Shown here piece by piece: positions 59,001 to 64,000 of a DNA stretch of 64,000 nt. This DNA is from Styela clava (lineage: Eukaryota). Under the pieces are notes generated by a model. That model worked only from the letters and a program-made list of their open reading frames with translations, had not been told where the DNA came from and made no database searches. Position 1 is the stretch's first letter; each line of letters starts with the position of its first letter. The position numbers were made by a program, and so were the translations under genes. The DNA lies in NCBI RefSeq assembly GCF_964204865.1, contig NC_135255.1, positions 6,262,001 through 6,326,000 on the forward strand. Reading direction: 5' to 3'.

Positions 59001-61320
59001 CTAAGCTCTGTATTAACGTATACAATGATAAACAATCTTTATAAATTTCTTTAGTGTCAAATGCTTTTGAAAAATACATGGGCGTATGCTTTTAATTTGG
59101 GTCTACCCATTCGAGTGACGTCAAACGAATCGGAAAATTTTCAATGAGAAAATCCCATCTGCTATTTAACTCGATTACGATAACTAATCATATTTTACAT
59201 ATACTATTCAAACATAAACTTAATAAAACAATAACTAGCAACCCATGATACTTCATGACGCTCGTGAAACATTGATTTATATATCCTGTACATGGTACAT
59301 GGATACTTCACTGGTGCATATTTGAACCAGTATTAATGCAGTACCAACAGAATATATGGACTTTGATTGCAACCCAATTCCGGTGTTCACTTTATCTTGT
59401 ATATTATCACCATATTCCATACGGAGGCTGTACTATTTATGATGACTGTTTCGAGTTATATTTTTTTTTACAAAGTTAACACTATGGCGTAGATAACACC
59501 AAAAAATAGTAGCCAGTTATAGTTATATATAGCAACCCGCAATTACTATAATAAAGAATAGAAAGTCTCGGTAAACAAGTACAACAGGTTTCTGATCTCA
59601 CGGGTAGAAGTAGTAATCGAAAAGCGTTTCACTTTTGACAACTAAGATTGTTTTTTTGTTTAAATCGGGTTTATAACTAAGCACGTATAGAGTTTCGATA
59701 GATCAGAAAAACTGGGATGTGGGAAATTTGATCGGTGGTGTGATCCGAAAAATCCGATTTTATCGTTAGTAATCTTACTTCGTACATCTTACTCTTTTCA
59801 ACCTAATGAAAGATATTAACAAACTGATAACTTTTTACAGCCGTTTTGCGACGAGGACATGAAACACTTTGAAAGTATGGAAAGCAGTGATGACTGGGTT
59901 AACGGAATGCTTGAAGATCGTTTCATGAATGGAACAAACGAACTCCTCACTCCTTCATCCCCCTCCTCCTCATCTGGAGCACTTTCTCCCTCATCCAATT
60001 CCTCTGCTTCGTCTTCTGGTAACGGAACGATCGAACACGCCTACTCTCTCATCAACGACCGACCTGACACTCCCCTTACTGCTGTCAAATTTGAGGACTT
60101 TTCCAGCGGTGAGTATGATTTAGTCTGCCTCAAAGTGATATAAGTAGTAATAGAAATTACTTGGCAACGTTGAAATTCCGTTGAAAATTTAGAATATGTA
60201 TTCAGACTGTTTGTTCATAATACTTAGTGGATTTTAATGAATATGTCTTATTTTAGATTATCCTATCGGTGATTTAGAAGCTCATATCAAAGAAGAATAC
60301 ATGCGACCGTTCGATTTTGAAGATGACTTTTCTCTCCAGCCACCTACCGAAGCTGACTTCGATGACGAAGGCTTTATTTTTGACACCACGAATGATTTCA
60401 CCGCCCATAACTGTACTCAAATCGAACAAGGTATGAAATTCCGTGATGATGATCGTTTTTTTAAAATAAATCTCGCTGTTGCCAGATTATTTATTCTACT
60501 ATGGTTTTTTAAACTCTAATCATGTTACATTTTAGTTCCTGCTAGCACCAGTATGTCCATTTCTACTCCACACCATACTATGGATAAAAGTCTGGCATCC
60601 ACAATAGAGTCTTTGGGAAACAACGTCATCACGATTAGTAAAATGGGAAACACCGTTCATGTCAAGAAAGAAAACAACGATATCGCCCTCGACTACAGGT
60701 AACATTTTACAGCCATCATCAAAATTCTAGTAGTATTCAAACTGAGACAGTCTACCAGAACGCAACCTCAACTTAAAATACATTCATCGTTCAATTCGCT
60801 CTGAGTGGTATCGTATTGATGATGTGGCGTTACTCTATTTTTTCATTACCGTTTTTATTATTGATAATATTTGGAATTATAATATTACTCAAGTCGAGTG
60901 AGTCTTTTTTAAATTATAACAATCGGGTTGGATGGAATCATTGATTATGCTCGGAGTTCAGGGCCAATATTTCGCTTTCTGGTAACCGCATTTTATATTG
61001 TATTTCTCAGCGCTTGCAGATCTCAGCAGGACTCCGCTCAGCCCAAGACAATCTTCGCCCCGATTTCCAACTGTTCCAACAACGAAAATGTAACAACCAC
61101 TAGACCAACGGCGCGGACAATCAACATAAATGCAAACGGACGAACGGACAACCATACCAAAGCCACCACCACTCCGTCATTTTACGTTGCCGACATGACC
61201 GACGCGCAGGATTTGATATCACAGCCAACAGCAAAAGTTACGACGAATTCTCTCACGCAAAGAACGCAAATTCAAATCCCAACGTCGACTCTTCAGACGA
61301 TATTGAAAAGCGGAAGATTG
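53024..61320 (+). CDS. CREB3L1/CREB3L2 (OASIS/BBF2H7)-like transcription factor, N-terminal five coding exons; continues beyond the window
   Basis: Exons 53024-53107, 59841-60108, 60257-60430, 60536-60698, 61011-61320, all GT-AG and phase-consistent. Acidic activation region with MLEDRFM...IEHAYSLINDRPDTP, resembling LLNDPFL...AEHSYSL..EPRAQSP of CREB3L1/2, plus IKEE and VKKE motifs. The bZIP is not in the window, so the family call rests on these short motifs. Confidence 0.68.
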
Positions 61321-64000
61321 GTGGGTATTTTTTATATGAAATGTTAAGTTAATCGAGGTAATCCCCCACGTATATTAAGTATGTGGATATTTTCCGCCGT
61401 CACAATTATTCAACTAGTAATCAAATCAAAACAACCCATGTCCCAGTATTGTACCCAACGGTAAGTTGCAGTTCCCATGGCATTTTAATGATATGCTACA
61501 CAATCTATTGTATGCAAGATTATTTTATAATATATACTGGAATTTCAAAACAATAATGTCAATTGTCAGTTATTCTGATGCCGGGTGAAATACCTTTAAA
61601 AATCGATACCAAACTCAGAATCGTTAGTGTGATCCGCGCATCCCTTACGGCGATTGGTTGTATTGCTATTGCCCGACTACACTTTCTCAAAAATATCTCA
61701 AGTTTATCTCTGTGTTTGGACACGTAGTAGTATAGTCTACGATTAACGGTACAATAGACCCACAGCAAAGAACTTAATCGCTTTGTATAAACTTTTGACG
61801 CGGATTTGGCGAATAGAGAAACCCTTTGAATATGACTTGTTTGCAGTGAAGTAGCTGGGTCTGTCGATATAAGTCGCGACTTCATTCATATCCTGTCGCC
61901 TAACGTTACAATTCAATTGTGAGATGAATAAAATTCATTGGATGTAAACAAACAAGGAGACGATGTACCTGGATTTGTCTTTTGATTATATGTATATCGA
62001 TCGTAAATTCGTTATAATAGTGTGATTGTACTTTCGACCCGGATATGGATTCTTTGTAGACAATGCCCGTCCGTAAACGTTCAACATTCATTATTTATCG
62101 CTTGATAGATTATTTAAATGACGATTAAATGTTGTTCAGTGTCAATTTGCGGAACAATGGGAATAAACGGACAAGTTCGGACCTAAGTTATTTGAAGCTT
62201 AAGTGCTATTGAGTTATTACCCCGCCACTCAAATACAGTTGTGTTGGCTGACTTTTTGTCGTTCCAAACTCCAAACTTTTAGTAATGGCTAGTTGTGCAG
62301 CGAGGTATACATTTAATCACTCGTGAAGGATTTTAAATTTTGCGTTTGACGTATATTGTTTGTCATTTGTTTATTACGGAGAAAATGTGATCAGTGATTG
62401 TCTATCGTTTGTTTAAACTAGTTGTAATTATGATTATGTACAACTGATTTACTCCCTAATTCTTTGATTATTGTATTTACAAACACCGCTGATTTAGTGG
62501 CACTATTGTGCTATTGGATTTTCACGGAAGATCGATTATTTTTGCCTAGTCTCGCCCGATTTGAAAATTACGAAAACGAGGAAAATCGCCCCAGGTGTTT
62601 GCCTTGATTGGAAATAGTGATTAGACGCCGGTTACATAGTATGTAGTGTAACGTAATCCTTATTAAGACGTGATATGACTCGATTTATTCGATAGTAGAC
62701 GCAATGAGAGAATTTTTATTCTTGAATAACTGGTTCATGACCTCGTGCATTTTAGGTGACTTTTCCCGCCCAACCTGAAATTTTACTTCATCAATAGATT
62801 ACAATGATATCCTATAGCATTTGAATTTAACATTACAATATTTCACCGCGATCGATACGTTTTGAAAGTAGCACGGGCAAATCACCGATTTTTACTTTCA
62901 ATTCAAATGAATCACTGAATCTGTGAATGAAAACACTGCGTTTGCTACTTTAGTAAAAACCATGGGGTTATACTGTACTATATAATATCATGCTATTTAT
63001 AACGGTATCCAATAAAGGCAGTAGAAAGGAGCATCAACTGTTTTCTTACCTAACTGATTTCAACCATAGAGTACGCACGAATATGCAATTGTATCCCCCC
63101 CGAAAAAAAAAAGGAATAAAAAAAATAATAGAATAGATAATTTTCATCAACGCTTTTATCCCCAAATATGATGCAATATGACCCCCCCAATTGATGACGA
63201 GCAAGAGAAATGAATATTTACAAAAGTTGGAAATTTTGACATTGTTCACATAAAATGATTGCTGACACCGCAACCGTATATCGTGCTCACGTGTACTGCA
63301 ATCATCCTTTCTGGTTCAAATTGATTTTCTTGTTTAATACGAACTGGGAAACGCCAAACAATGTATTTCAGTTTAATCAAATACGAAACACATGTTAACC
63401 GCCGGTTCGCACGCCTGGGGGACATTTTTGCCGTATTGTACAAATTCTACTAATACGCACTGGTTTTGGAGTGTCGGAATGCATAGATAACTACTAGACT
63501 TCAATGGTTATTTGTGTTAAATTCAAACAAATGGGCGTATACGTTTTAGTTTGGCCTAAGCCTGAGCGCTCTCCTAATTTTTGAAGAAAAATAAATTCTT
63601 TGATCCGTGAACGAGATACGCTGATTGTTGCGAAATAACAATGTTCCCTTTTCGAAATTGTGTAATAATGCAAATTTCCAGATTGGATTCAAATTTTGCC
63701 CATTTTACATTGTTTCGTATCGACAATTTATAAAACCATAGCATTCGGTCAAATATAATTTGGGTTAGACATTTTAGTCGATGTTCATGGGGAACACTAA
63801 ATAAACCCAACCTGTGGTTATTTCGAGGCGAGACAATCGCTTCACAGTATTTGCAATTATTAAGCAGTAGTATATACTCTATATGGATACTCAACTTCAA
63901 TTTATATCTTTAAAAGTGTCCTAGAAGGGAATAAAAGGAAACTAAAGTTCCCAGGCGACTAACATTGTTCCCTTATATTTCACGAGTTAGCAACATGATT

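Noticed and set aside
61559-63900. Short minus-strand ORFs and possible further CREB3L exons
   Set aside because: No recognisable domain, and no phase-0 exon with good splice sites. Treated as intron.

Overview
Eukaryotic, AT-rich animal genomic DNA with short GT-AG introns. The gene set and repeat style suggest an invertebrate chordate such as an ascidian, but that is inference. The supplied ORF track misses most real genes because they are spliced, so I built exon models by hand and checked that intron phases are consistent. The window holds eight genes: UBE2Z (5' part, -), a 3-exon SPATA45 homologue (+), an intronless ST6GalNAc-type GT29 sialyltransferase (+), a 6-exon GT31 galactosyltransferase paralogue that has lost its DxD and EDV motifs (+), an intronless-CDS XRRA1 (-), a 6-exon GT31 with intact motifs (+), a 21-exon EFCAB6-like EF-hand protein (+), and the first five coding exons of a CREB3L1/2-like factor (+). 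Three Golgi glycosyltransferase genes alternate with three cilium/sperm-type genes, each with a candidate RFX X-box upstream. Introns and intergenic DNA carry many hAT and Mutator-like MITEs with visible target-site duplications (TSDs), a tRNA-derived SINE family, a LINE relic, a nested transposon stack, and a piggyBac derivative whose splice acceptor is in frame with its host gene. The best candidates for something new are the active/dead GT31 pair next to a sialyltransferase and the piggyBac exon trap. No CRISPR, rRNA or tRNA genes were seen.
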